Virus record (IMG/VR): IMGVR_UViG_3300020474_000993
Strand: one strand, 5' to 3'
Length of the DNA: 64,000 bases
Source: a virus
A program made the translations under genes and the position numbers. Under the pieces are notes generated by a model. The model had not been told where the DNA came from. It made no database searches and saw nothing but the letters and a program-made list of their open reading frames with translations. Each line of letters starts with the position of its first letter. The stretch's first letter is position 1. Shown piece after piece: positions 17,219 through 28,056 of this stretch.

Positions 17219-18817
17219 ATGGCCATTCTGTTATTAGAACAGGCAAGGTTTCATCAGGCGAGGTCTTTCTATAGAGACATCTATAACGGCAATGATAAAT
17301 TTTATCTTGCCGCCTCGCGTACTGAAACATGGACGGATGATACCGCGCCTGATACATCGGTAGATAATCGTATCGATGTACAGAATTTCAGAGACAAAAT
17401 ACTTTTTGTGAAAAGAGTACAGTCCGCTGATTCGGCTATGTTAGCTCGTAGAATTGATTGGGTAAGTGGTACGGTTTACGATAGATATGATGATTCTTAT
17501 TCATCTACTAATACCGCAAACTCTGGTGCTACTTCATTACAGGCTGCTAATTTTTATATACTAACAGATAATTTTAATGTCTATAAGTGTATTGATAATA
17601 ATAACAACGGACAAAGTACTACGAAACCGACTAGTACTGGTACTGAAATATTTACAACCGCTGACAGTTATAAGTGGAAGTTTTTATTCCAAGTAGGTGC
17701 TTCTGATAGAACTAAGTTTTTATCTACATCCTACATGCCAGTAAGAAAGGTTTCTGGTGCTGGTCAACCATCCTTTGATGTGAATGGTGAGATTGATAGT
17801 ATCACAGTTAGTGTAGCTGGGAGTGGATATACTTCTGTTCCTAATGTCACGATAAATGGGGATGGAACTGGCGCTACTGCTGTTGCTACTCTTTCTGGTG
17901 GTGCTGTATCAGCAATAACAATTTCTACTGCTGGTACTGGATACACATTCGCAGACATAGTAATAACTGGTGGTGGAGGTGCTAACGCAAAAGCAGATGC
18001 TGTTCTTGGTAGTACAGACACCGCTTCTCTACAAACAAATGTAGAGGGTACTGCTGTTAAAGGAACAATTGATAATATAATTGTAACTAATCAAGGAACA
18101 GATTATACTGCTGGTGATGTAACACTTAAAGTTACTGGAGATGGTTCGGGTGCAACTGCAGCTGCTGTGGTAAATACAAATGGTAATGTCACTGGAGTTA
18201 CTATTACAAATCCCGGCACTGGTTATACAAATGCAGCTATAACATTGACACAGGCATCTGGTTCTGGTGTTAACGCTTCTTTTAGACTTATTCTATCACC
18301 GATTGATGGGCATGGCGCTCATCCACAAAAAGAATTGTTTTGCAGAAGGGTTGGTGTAACAGTTTCTTTTGATAATGATTCAAGAGATTTAATTACTGGT
18401 AATGATTACAGACAAGTAGGGTTGATGAAAAACATTACTAAATATAATTTAAGTGCTCTATTCGATGATGCAACTGGTTCTCCTCACTTCATTATCGGAA
18501 TAAGTGACCCAAATAATTATGGTGCTGATGATTTAGTTGAATCAACAACTGGAGGTAGTTTTACCGTAGCGCAATTAAGAGATACGACAGGGAATGGTAC
18601 AGACGATAGTGTCTATTTACAAGAAAATACTGCTGGTATAGGTTCTTCAGACACAATTACAAATTTAACAAAAGGTCTCTCTTCTTTACCTATAAATAGT
18701 CTTACTAACCCAGAAATAAATAATAATTCTGGAGATGTAATATATTTTGATAATAGGAAACCTATTACTAGGGAAGAGGGTCAAGTAGAGACAGTAAAAA
18801 TAATATTTACTTTCTAA
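17219..18817 (+). CDS. gp8: Baseplate wedge subunit with inserted beta-rich domains
   Basis: RRIDWVSGTVYDRY, FNVYKCIDNN, DSYKWKFLF, GHG, DYRQVGLMKN, SGDVIYFDNRKPITR. Confidence 0.9.
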   Translation: MAILLLEQARFHQARSFYRDIYNGNDKFYLAASRTETWTDDTAPDTSVDNRIDVQNFRDKILFVKRVQSADSAMLARRIDWVSGTVYDRYDDSYSSTNTANSGATSLQAANFYILTDNFNVYKCIDNNNNGQSTTKPTSTGTEIFTTADSYKWKFLFQVGASDRTKFLSTSYMPVRKVSGAGQPSFDVNGEIDSITVSVAGSGYTSVPNVTINGDGTGATAVATLSGGAVSAITISTAGTGYTFADIVITGGGGANAKADAVLGSTDTASLQTNVEGTAVKGTIDNIIVTNQGTDYTAGDVTLKVTGDGSGATAAAVVNTNGNVTGVTITNPGTGYTNAAITLTQASGSGVNASFRLILSPIDGHGAHPQKELFCRRVGVTVSFDNDSRDLITGNDYRQVGLMKNITKYNLSALFDDATGSPHFIIGISDPNNYGADDLVESTTGGSFTVAQLRDTTGNGTDDSVYLQENTAGIGSSDTITNLTKGLSSLPINSLTNPEINNNSGDVIYFDNRKPITREEGQVETVKIIFTF

Positions 18818-18829
18818 AAGGGATAAAAG

Positions 18830-21800
18830 ATGGCAATTGATTTAAATGTAACACCGTATTATAATGACTTCTCAGCGGCTAAGAAATTTAATCGCGTAGT
18901 CTTTAAGCCTGGTGTTGCTGTACAAGCAAGAGAATTAACACAACTTCAAGATTACTTTTTAAATACTATTAAAGAGTTCGGTGATTTTGTGTTCAAAGAT
19001 GGTGCTACCGTAAGAGGTGGTGCTGGTTACCCTGTTCTTGTTCCTTTTATAAAAATTAACGATTTAGACTCTAGTTCAACAGCCGTATCAAACGACACTC
19101 TCGCAAATTATGTTGGGGACACAATAACAGGTTCCACTACAGGAATCCAAGCATTAATTAAATCTGTAAAAACTGGTACTGATTCAGATGCAGTTGAAAA
19201 GAAAACTCTTTATTTAAATTACACCAAAGGTAATGAAAAGAATGCTGGTACAGCAGAAACGAGTGTTAGGTTTGATGCTGGTGAAACTTTAACAGTTACT
19301 AGTACTGACTCTGGTAGAAATGGTGACACATTTGTTGTAGATAATAACACAGATATAAACAGTTTTACAAAAAACTTCTATGGGTACGCCGTTGATTTTG
19401 TACTAGAAGAAGGTATAATTTATGCACAGGGTAAATTTGTATCTCACGATGCACAGGTAATTCGACTTGATAACTTTAATCCAAATGTTAATTATTTCGT
19501 TGGTGTTACAATAAACGAAACAGTAGTTAATTCAGATGATGATACAAGTCTTTTAGACCCAGCGACAGGTGCTTACAATTACAATGCGCCAGGCGCTGAC
19601 AGAACAAAAGTAGACACATTAATTACTAAAGTACCGTTTGGTAAAAATCACGCGCTTAATACAACATATGAATTGGGTGAGTTTATATCAAATAGTGATA
19701 ACATATATGAAGTAACTACTGCTGGTACAACATCTGCCAGTGGAAGCGGCCCAGTACATACGACAGGAAATGCAACGGATGGTAGTGTTGTATTTAAATA
19801 TTATGAATTTCCTAGTGGATTTACTGCTCTATATAAAATTAATAAAGGTCAAATCGAAAAGAAATACGATGGAGACTTAAACGAACTTGCAGAACTAGGT
19901 AAACAATTTGCTGCCGAAAAAAGAGAAAGTGATGGTGATTATGTTGTAGAACCATTTACTATAAAAATTCAAGAACATTTAAAAACCGTAAAGGGTGTCA
20001 CATTTGACGCATCCGCAAATCAAACTTACGGACAAGGACAATTTGTAAATCATAACAATAAACTATATGAAGTAACTTTATCTGGTACTTCTGATTACAC
20101 TTCTCCACCTGTACATAGTAGTGGGGATGTTCTTAGTGGTACTGTTAAGTTTGGTGCTAGAGGCGCTTCATATAGGTTCGACAACGAAGGAACAAATTTT
20201 TCAACAGACTCAGATGCTGGAGATGCAACTAAACTATCCTTAACTATATCGCCGGGTGTTGCATATGTAAACGGATATCGTAGAGAGTACTTCAGAAATA
20301 GCAGTCTTAAAGTTAGAAAGGGAACATCTACTGAAATCAAAGAAGCAAGAGATGTTACTTTGGGATATGGTAATTACTTTAATACTAAAGAAGTTTGCGG
20401 TACATTCGATATAGAGAATGGTGCTTTATGTAACATTGGTTACTATGGTTCAATAGGTACTCAAACAGGCGCTGGGGCAGTCACAGACGGAACTTTTGGA
20501 AGTCATGCTGCTTTAGGAACAACTATTGGTACATGTAGGGTTCGCGCTATGAAAAGGATGTCTGGTACAGTAGGTACTGCTACTGCACAGTATAGACTTT
20601 TTGTGTACGATGTAAGAATAAAAGATGGTAAATTATCTGACGCCAGAACAATTCAATTTCCAAATTCTACTGATAGTGGATTCGCTGATATTATATTAAA
20701 TGATGTTAGTGGAGATGGTACTAGAGATACCGCTCAACTTGAAGGCACTACATACAATAAAATGGTGTACAAAACACCTTGGAATTATACTAAAACACTC
20801 GCAGCTGCTGGTGGCGGAACATATGATACCCAATACTATTACACTGAAGAATTCAATGTAACTGTTGCCGCTAATGGTACATTTAGTCTTAGTACTTCTT
20901 CATTGGGGTCTGAAGTAATATTCCCATATTCAACTGCTGGTATGACCCAAACAATATTAGATAATCGATTCTATATGGTTTGTAAGACTACTGGTATTAC
21001 CGATTTTGGTGATGGAACTACCGTATCTGGTTCTGAAGGTAGAGTTATTCGACTCACACCTAGTCAAGTTACTGCTGTCGCTAATGGACAAAGTATGTCG
21101 TTTGACATGGGAGCTCCTAGTGCTGGATACGATGCTTATCTACAAGTAGAAGTAAAAGTAGTAGATGCTGTCCCAGTACCAAAATCTTACTCAACTGGTA
21201 GATATGTAAAAATAGATACCAATGATAATGCTGGTGGTTCTGCCGGGCCATGGAATCTTGGTATTACGGATGTTAAAGAAATTGAAGCAATATACATTCA
21301 ACCATCATCAACAAATGCATACTTAGATGATGCCGATAACAAAGTAAATTACAAAAATGATTTTACTTTAGACAATGGTCAAAGAGATAATTTCTATGGA
21401 CACGCAAAACTCATAAAGAAAACTAACGCTAGTGTAAGCACTACTGCAGCTTATATAACTGTCAAATTCAGTCACTTTACCGCTAACTATGGTGGTTCAA
21501 ACGGAACATACTTTGCAAAAGATTCTTACCCAGTAGATGATACTGGTGCTACTGGTATATACACATTTGAAATTCCAAATTTTGTTTCACCGAAACTTGG
21601 TGAATTTATTTTAAAAGATGCCATTGACTTTAGACCAATGGTAAAGAATACAGCTGTTTCTGCCACAACACTGGCAACAGCAACAGAAAATCCATATAGA
21701 ACAGAGGAATTTGATTTACCTGCTAATGGTATTCAGTTCCCATTGCCAAATAGTAGTTTTACTACGGATGTAGAATATTACTTACCTAGAGTTGACAACA

Positions 21801-24800
21801 TTGTTATTGACAGGGCTGGTGATTTCCAAGTCGTAGAAGGTGTTTCAAAAATACCTGCTAAAGCTCCTCCAGCGGATTCAGACGCTATGCAGATAGCTGA
21901 AGTTTTCGTTGCACCATTCCCATCTGTTGCTCCTAATATTGCAACTAGGTTTGATGCCCCAGAATCACAAGTTAGACATAACTTGAAGGGACAGAATAGA
22001 CGATATACAATGGAAGATATCGGTCAGATTGAAAAAAGAATTAACCGTTTAGAATATTATCTTGCATTATCTCTTTTGGAAATGCAAGCAAAAGACCAAA
22101 AAATATTGGACGCAAATGGAAATGACAGATTTAAAAATGGTATCTATGTAAACTCATTTGACAGTGACTTGTTAAGTGACTTGGATGACCCCAATTATAA
22201 AGCTTCATATAATTCAGCTGCTAAAAAATTAAGTCCATCATTTAGTGACTATCAAGCAGATTTAATATTAAACGAAACACATGGAAGTTCTGGTTGGGTA
22301 AGACAGGGTAGTTTTATCACCAGACCTTACATTCAAGAAGTTGGTACTGAAAACCGATTTGCTACTAAAATAAGAAATTGCGTAGGTGAGTTACAGTTCA
22401 ATTACGAAGGAGATATGGAAATATTTCCTCGTTCAGATAACTTCCCAAATACAACAAAAGATATAGACCCACAGTTAATTGATATAAGCAATAAATCTGC
22501 TGTTGACCAACAAGTTGGAGCTTTTGGAACTAACACGGTTGGTTTTGAAACTTCATTTGAACAAGGTGTTTTTAACGAGGATTCACAAACAGTTGAGGTT
22601 GGCGCAACAAGGCCAGTACCCCATGCGGAAGTTGTGATTGAAACAGCAGGTGGCGCTGACTCCCCTACAATCCTAACTGGAGATGTTACTGGAGATGTTG
22701 GTGGTGGTCTAGGTGGTGCTGGTACAATGACCAATGTATTCGGGACAATATTTGAAAGAACATCAAATGGAAGTGTTAGTGGTACTGTAACTGCTGAAAT
22801 AAGTGGTTCAACATCACTGACTCCAGTAATACAAGAACAAGATATAGTTCAAACTGCTATTCCAATTATTCAAACTGCATCGTCTTCTCTGGGTAGTAGA
22901 CAAGAATTTAAGATAGACAATTTGGTTAGAGATGTATCATTGTTACCTAATATGCGACAAAACAGAGTAGCTGTTAGGGTTCGTAGAATGAAACCAAATA
23001 CAAGAATACATTTTTTCTTTGATGATAAAGCTCAAAGTTCACGATGTGTTCCCTGTGATGTTACTGGATTCGATTCATACATCCCTGTGTGGAAAGCAAA
23101 TGGTGCTAGGACAGGACATGGATTCCTTCAATATAGATTGAGGAGTCAACCAGCTGGTGTTGCAGAAGACCCCACTTTAAATTATTTTTATACTGGTGAT
23201 GCTCCAGCTGATATGGGAGACCCCATTGTTACTGACGAAAATGGTAATGCTGCTTTTGTTTACTTCTTGCCTGCTGGTAATTCTGATGGGGAAGGAAACG
23301 GATTTGATAACACAGTATTCCCTGTAGGTACTCGTAGAATGAGAGTTGCCGATGACCCAACAGATAGGTATAACTTTGTAACTACACAGGCAGAAACATC
23401 ATACTCTGCTTTTGCATTACATCAACAAAGACAGGGTGTAGACCTCACAGTTGAACACCATGTTATGAATGTTTCCACTTCCAAAGGAGAACCACAAAAA
23501 CAGAAAGTAGGAACTGCTATTGTCGATGTGGACATACAGCCTGGTGAAATGAAAATAGATGGTAGTCTTTCAGCTAGTATAGATGTTACTCAACCTACAT
23601 TCATAGTTCACCCACCTAGATTCGTTGGTGACCCGATTGCACAAACTTTTGGTATAGGTGATGCTCCAAATGGAGCTTTTGTTAAAGGTATAATGGTGTT
23701 CTTTAAAGATAGGCCAGGCCAATCTGCGAATATTACAAATAGTGCTACAGCTACAGGTAATGGTATCACGATGGAAGTCAGAAAAGTTCTGAACGGATAT
23801 CCTACACAAGTAGTCTTAGGTAGTAAATATTTAGATGCTGTCGATGTAAACACAACACCGTCCTTATCAATTAGTAGTTCTGGTGTAGATTTGGGTACTG
23901 ACTATAGATACACCGAAGCTGATGCGACAACCTTTGAGTTCGATGAGCCAATCTATGTTGCACCAAACGAAGAATATGCTTTTGTTCTTATGCCACAGGC
24001 TAATGACCCTAATTATAATGTTTGGGTTTCTAAGTTGGGTGAGAATAAAATAGGAACTACAGAAAGAGTTACTGCCGAAGAGACCAATATTGCTGGAATG
24101 TTATTTACATCTTCAAACAATAGGGCATGGAGTGCTCATCAAACTGAAGATATGAAATATTCTGTTAAGTATGCACAGTTTGAACTTGGTACTGGTACGG
24201 TAGAGTTTGTTAACGAAGATGCTGAATATATTACTGGTACTGATTATGATGCTGGTAGACCATCTGAAGGACAAAATGTTCATGGGTTCGATATTACTAT
24301 TGCTGGTGGTGGTTCTGGATACAGTGTTAATGATATTATTACATTGAATTCAGTAAGTGTTACTTCAAATGGTAATACCGTTTCTGGAAATACTGTAAAA
24401 TTAAAAGTTCTAACTGTGAGTGCTGGCGCGGTAACTAGTGTCGAAGTTTCTGATGCTGGAGTAGGATTTCAACAATTGAGTTCTCCTGTTGCTGGTAATG
24501 TTGCTCTTGTACACCCCGGCACTTTAGGACAACTGACTGTTTCTCCTACTGGTGGTTCTGGTGCTACATTTACATTAAAAATCAAACGCGGTTATGTAGA
24601 ACAAATTGACCCTAGAACAGAAAAAATGGAAATAACTTATGACACTTTAACTGCTATTGCAGCTTCAACTGATAATTCTTTGTACTTTAAAGTTGGTGAT
24701 GTTATAGGAACTGGTGCTCGTGAAATAGGTGAAGAAAGAAAAACAAATTTCAAGGTTGCATCTGTTTACAATAAAATATTTAATACTTTTAGAACAAATA

Positions 24801-25936
24801 CTACCATCAAAGATTTCCCAAGGGCTAAATTGACATATCAGGCTGCAGTCACAAATTCTTCTGGCGCTGCTGCCAGAGGGTCAACATTCGTTGATATTCA
24901 ACCAGTAGATAGAACATTTACTACAGAGGAAGCTGCTATATATTCTGCATCCAATGAATTTGCATTTACTGGTTCTGGTAGAATGGCTAAGAAAAGTTAT
25001 CGACAAAGATTTACTTTAACTACTGACACTGAAGATTTATCACCTTTAGTACCTCTCTATAGAAATGGAGTTATTACTAGGGCATATAATATCAACAATG
25101 ACTCTACAAATGAAACAGCAAATGTGGGTAACGCCGCCTCTAAATTTATTTCAAGGAGAGTTCGACTTTCTGATGGACAGGAAGCAGAAGATGTGAAACT
25201 TTCTATTGCTCTAAAACAACCCGCTGGTTCATCATTTAAGATTTACTTTAAAGGTCAATCCCCAGAAGATGACGGAGATTTTTACGAAGATTTGCCTTGG
25301 GTAGAAATGGAATTAGAAGCAGGACAAATTGCTGGTAACTCTGCATCACAAAAGAGTTTTACCGACTTTAACTTTAAGTTACCAAGTGCTTCATTGAATG
25401 GTGACGGCGTATTTAACTATACTACCAAGCGTGTTAACGCACTCACAATAGGAACTGCTGGTAGTGGTTATACCAATACTAGTTCAGTAGACTTTATTGT
25501 AACTGGTGGTGGTACACCTACAAGACCCGCCGCTATTAAGGCGACTGCTTTAGCTGGTGGTGGTTTGGGAACTATTGAAATCGTAGACCCAGGCCGAGGA
25601 TATAGTACTGCACCCACAATAACTGTGGCAAAAAATCATACAGTAAGTACATACTTTGCGAGTGGAACATTCGTAGGTAACGGTTCAAACTTATATGAAG
25701 CCACTATAGGTGGTACAACTGGTGCTTCATCTGCACCAACACACGGTTCTGGTACTGCTACAGATGGAACAGTAACATGGACTTATAGAGGAGTTAGACC
25801 TGTAGTAACTTGCACAGTTGCAGATACTACATTTGAGAGGTTTAAACAGTTCTCTTCTAAAATTGTTATGCTTACATCCAATACTTCTGTTATACCAGAA
25901 GCAAAACAATTGAGGATTATCGCCTTACAAGCGTAA
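18830..25936 (+). CDS. VrlC-like (DUF4815) giant virion/fibre protein
   Basis: LNVTPYYNDF, VFKPGVAVQARELTQLQ, APGADR, RYTMEDIG.IEKRI..LEYY, DRFKNG, DPIAQTF, LRIIAL C-terminus. Confidence 0.88.
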   Translation: MAIDLNVTPYYNDFSAAKKFNRVVFKPGVAVQARELTQLQDYFLNTIKEFGDFVFKDGATVRGGAGYPVLVPFIKINDLDSSSTAVSNDTLANYVGDTITGSTTGIQALIKSVKTGTDSDAVEKKTLYLNYTKGNEKNAGTAETSVRFDAGETLTVTSTDSGRNGDTFVVDNNTDINSFTKNFYGYAVDFVLEEGIIYAQGKFVSHDAQVIRLDNFNPNVNYFVGVTINETVVNSDDDTSLLDPATGAYNYNAPGADRTKVDTLITKVPFGKNHALNTTYELGEFISNSDNIYEVTTAGTTSASGSGPVHTTGNATDGSVVFKYYEFPSGFTALYKINKGQIEKKYDGDLNELAELGKQFAAEKRESDGDYVVEPFTIKIQEHLKTVKGVTFDASANQTYGQGQFVNHNNKLYEVTLSGTSDYTSPPVHSSGDVLSGTVKFGARGASYRFDNEGTNFSTDSDAGDATKLSLTISPGVAYVNGYRREYFRNSSLKVRKGTSTEIKEARDVTLGYGNYFNTKEVCGTFDIENGALCNIGYYGSIGTQTGAGAVTDGTFGSHAALGTTIGTCRVRAMKRMSGTVGTATAQYRLFVYDVRIKDGKLSDARTIQFPNSTDSGFADIILNDVSGDGTRDTAQLEGTTYNKMVYKTPWNYTKTLAAAGGGTYDTQYYYTEEFNVTVAANGTFSLSTSSLGSEVIFPYSTAGMTQTILDNRFYMVCKTTGITDFGDGTTVSGSEGRVIRLTPSQVTAVANGQSMSFDMGAPSAGYDAYLQVEVKVVDAVPVPKSYSTGRYVKIDTNDNAGGSAGPWNLGITDVKEIEAIYIQPSSTNAYLDDADNKVNYKNDFTLDNGQRDNFYGHAKLIKKTNASVSTTAAYITVKFSHFTANYGGSNGTYFAKDSYPVDDTGATGIYTFEIPNFVSPKLGEFILKDAIDFRPMVKNTAVSATTLATATENPYRTEEFDLPANGIQFPLPNSSFTTDVEYYLPRVDNIVIDRAGDFQVVEGVSKIPAKAPPADSDAMQIAEVFVAPFPSVAPNIATRFDAPESQVRHNLKGQNRRYTMEDIGQIEKRINRLEYYLALSLLEMQAKDQKILDANGNDRFKNGIYVNSFDSDLLSDLDDPNYKASYNSAAKKLSPSFSDYQADLILNETHGSSGWVRQGSFITRPYIQEVGTENRFATKIRNCVGELQFNYEGDMEIFPRSDNFPNTTKDIDPQLIDISNKSAVDQQVGAFGTNTVGFETSFEQGVFNEDSQTVEVGATRPVPHAEVVIETAGGADSPTILTGDVTGDVGGGLGGAGTMTNVFGTIFERTSNGSVSGTVTAEISGSTSLTPVIQEQDIVQTAIPIIQTASSSLGSRQEFKIDNLVRDVSLLPNMRQNRVAVRVRRMKPNTRIHFFFDDKAQSSRCVPCDVTGFDSYIPVWKANGARTGHGFLQYRLRSQPAGVAEDPTLNYFYTGDAPADMGDPIVTDENGNAAFVYFLPAGNSDGEGNGFDNTVFPVGTRRMRVADDPTDRYNFVTTQAETSYSAFALHQQRQGVDLTVEHHVMNVSTSKGEPQKQKVGTAIVDVDIQPGEMKIDGSLSASIDVTQPTFIVHPPRFVGDPIAQTFGIGDAPNGAFVKGIMVFFKDRPGQSANITNSATATGNGITMEVRKVLNGYPTQVVLGSKYLDAVDVNTTPSLSISSSGVDLGTDYRYTEADATTFEFDEPIYVAPNEEYAFVLMPQANDPNYNVWVSKLGENKIGTTERVTAEETNIAGMLFTSSNNRAWSAHQTEDMKYSVKYAQFELGTGTVEFVNEDAEYITGTDYDAGRPSEGQNVHGFDITIAGGGSGYSVNDIITLNSVSVTSNGNTVSGNTVKLKVLTVSAGAVTSVEVSDAGVGFQQLSSPVAGNVALVHPGTLGQLTVSPTGGSGATFTLKIKRGYVEQIDPRTEKMEITYDTLTAIAASTDNSLYFKVGDVIGTGAREIGEERKTNFKVASVYNKIFNTFRTNTTIKDFPRAKLTYQAAVTNSSGAAARGSTFVDIQPVDRTFTTEEAAIYSASNEFAFTGSGRMAKKSYRQRFTLTTDTEDLSPLVPLYRNGVITRAYNINNDSTNETANVGNAASKFISRRVRLSDGQEAEDVKLSIALKQPAGSSFKIYFKGQSPEDDGDFYEDLPWVEMELEAGQIAGNSASQKSFTDFNFKLPSASLNGDGVFNYTTKRVNALTIGTAGSGYTNTSSVDFIVTGGGTPTRPAAIKATALAGGGLGTIEIVDPGRGYSTAPTITVAKNHTVSTYFASGTFVGNGSNLYEATIGGTTGASSAPTHGSGTATDGTVTWTYRGVRPVVTCTVADTTFERFKQFSSKIVMLTSNTSVIPEAKQLRIIALQA

Positions 25937-25946
25937 TAAATAGAAT

Positions 25947-26177
25947 ATGGAGCAACCAAATAAAGTATCAAATTTAGAGTGGGACAGAGAAAAAGAATCT
26001 GGTGCATTACTGAATGTTGACCACGATTCACTGGCTGCATATAAGAGAAGGAGATATATTGCTAAACAAAAGGCTAATCAAATAGATGAAATGTCAAATG
26101 ATATAAATAGTCTAAAGCAAGATTTCTTGGAAATCAAAAGCATTTTAATGCAACTTGTTAATAACATTGATAAATAA
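25947..26177 (+). CDS. Small coiled-coil hypothetical protein following VrlC
   Basis: RxxxSGALLNVD...EIKSIL; AATAAATA late-promoter variant 4 nt upstream. Confidence 0.7.
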   Translation: MEQPNKVSNLEWDREKESGALLNVDHDSLAAYKRRRYIAKQKANQIDEMSNDINSLKQDFLEIKSILMQLVNNIDK

Positions 26178-26192
26178 AGATAGGGAAGAGAC

Positions 26193-27038
26193 ATGTCAAC
26201 TATAACACTAAGAGCATCTAAGGGTTCACCCCTCACTAATACTGAGGTGGATACCAACTTTAGTAACCTCAATAACGACAAGTATGAGTCGGGTAATAAT
26301 GTGTCGGTTGGTACTCTTACTGCGAGTGGCAATGTTACTTTTGGCATCGCTGCCACGGTATCCGCTGCTGGTAGTACACAGGGTACTGCAACCGCATTAA
26401 CCAAAACATACAATATTATATCTACTGCATCAGCTAACCAAGGGATAATTTTACCCTCTGCCGCTGCTGGACTAGTAATCAACATATACAATGTAAGTGG
26501 TAATACTATTAAAGTATATCCCGCTTCTACAGAAACCATCGATGGTGGTTCTGCAAATGCACCAATCGAAGTAGTAACTTCAAACGGTGCTGAGTTAGTT
26601 GGTGTTAGTACTGGTGGTTGGAGACAGGTTGGTTCTGGTGGTAGTAACTTATCTCAGATAACAGTAAACGATTCCGCAGAACTATTAGGTTCATTGAAAT
26701 ATGGAGTTACTGCTTCTGTTTCAACTGCTGGTTCTGGACAGGGTGATGCAACTGCTTTGACTGAAACAATTAATGTAATTGGAACAGTCGGTGGAGCCGC
26801 ACAAGGTGTTGTTTTACCAACCGCAGCTGCTGGACTACATGTAGTTGTTGCTAACATTACTACAACCGATTGCAAATTGTATCCTGCTACCTCGGATACT
26901 ATTGAAAGTGGTTCTGCAAATGCCGCTGTAACGCTGCCTGCAAAAACCACATTTACTTTAACATGTCAAGACGCGACCAATTGGGTGAAACATAGGGGAC
27001 TTGCAGTCTACAATTCATCTGGTTCGTTGTTAAACTAA
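26193..27038 (+). CDS. Fibre-like structural protein with internal duplication
   Basis: KGSPLTNTEVDTNF N-terminal fibre motif; two copies of AGSxQGxATALT...LPxAAAGL...YPA. Confidence 0.7.
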   Translation: MSTITLRASKGSPLTNTEVDTNFSNLNNDKYESGNNVSVGTLTASGNVTFGIAATVSAAGSTQGTATALTKTYNIISTASANQGIILPSAAAGLVINIYNVSGNTIKVYPASTETIDGGSANAPIEVVTSNGAELVGVSTGGWRQVGSGGSNLSQITVNDSAELLGSLKYGVTASVSTAGSGQGDATALTETINVIGTVGGAAQGVVLPTAAAGLHVVVANITTTDCKLYPATSDTIESGSANAAVTLPAKTTFTLTCQDATNWVKHRGLAVYNSSGSLLN

Positions 27039-27049
27039 GGAGAACTTGA

Positions 27050-28024
27050 ATGGCAGGGCCAGTAACACTTAAAGCAGGGTCATATCCGGCTGCCGCTGGG
27101 GGACTACAAGGTCTCAGAGAACTATCAGCTACTGAGATTAAAGACCAAGTAGCAGGAGTAATCACAGCTAAATTTGCTGCTGACACAGATGGTTCGGGTA
27201 CTGCTGAACTAAATGTTGTCACAGGTGGTTCTGCTGGTGCTGATGAAATCGGAACATTTACAAACAGAGAGAGAACTGAATCTGTAGGAACCCACCCAGC
27301 TGGTGGAGGCACTACCGACACTGTTTACCGATTCAATCAACCAGTTGCTGCCGTAAGTGAATCTGGACAAATCAATCCTCAACGATGGACAGGAACTGCC
27401 ATAGAAACTGCAACCGATACTGAATTAGATACAGAAGTATTAGACCTCTGTATAACTGCAATGGCTGCCGAAGACGCGAACACTGTTGGACAATACAAAA
27501 TTGGTACATCTGCACCAGCTGGTGGAACATGGACTTCAAGATATACTATCACAGAAACACAAGTTGATGGTACAGATGTTTCATATTACCTTTACCAAAA
27601 AACCGCACCAACTACAAATGCTGGAACAGATTCAAATATACTATTGAAAGCTGGTGACGAAGGTCAACCAAATGAAATGACAACTGCAAACTTGCAGACA
27701 TTAGTGCCTGCATTTAGAAATAGAATTATTGCTAGTGGAGTGGGAAAATATCTACTTCAAACTGGTTCACCATCTGCTACTGGAACATGGGTACAGATGG
27801 GGTCAACGATGACTGACCAATTAAAAGACATCGCATCTGCAAACTATGCTGGAGACTACACAGGGTCATATACAGGATACTATGACCGTTTCTTTGCTGG
27901 GTTCTTAAATGGTGCATACGCTGGTTCATATTCTGGTACATATACTGGATATTATGCTGGTAACACTGTACAATCATCTAGTGCTACACAAGAAACAAAA
28001 CAGCTGTTTATAAGAACCGCTTAA
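27050..28024 (+). CDS. Putative virion fibre protein with C-terminal (Y/F)xG repeat
   Basis: Thr/Gly/Ala-rich; YAGDYTGSYTGYYDRFFAGFLNGAYAGSYSGTYTGYYAG. Confidence 0.6.
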   Translation: MAGPVTLKAGSYPAAAGGLQGLRELSATEIKDQVAGVITAKFAADTDGSGTAELNVVTGGSAGADEIGTFTNRERTESVGTHPAGGGTTDTVYRFNQPVAAVSESGQINPQRWTGTAIETATDTELDTEVLDLCITAMAAEDANTVGQYKIGTSAPAGGTWTSRYTITETQVDGTDVSYYLYQKTAPTTNAGTDSNILLKAGDEGQPNEMTTANLQTLVPAFRNRIIASGVGKYLLQTGSPSATGTWVQMGSTMTDQLKDIASANYAGDYTGSYTGYYDRFFAGFLNGAYAGSYSGTYTGYYAGNTVQSSSATQETKQLFIRTA

Positions 28025-28027
28025 GAC

Positions 28028-28056
28028 TTGACATAAATAGTGAGGTAGGGTATAAT
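28028..28056 (+). promoter_or_regulatory. Perfect sigma70 promoter (TTGACA-17-TATAAT) with embedded late-promoter variant CATAAATA
   Basis: TTGACA 28028-28033, TATAAT 28051-28056, CATAAATA 28032-28039. Confidence 0.85.
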
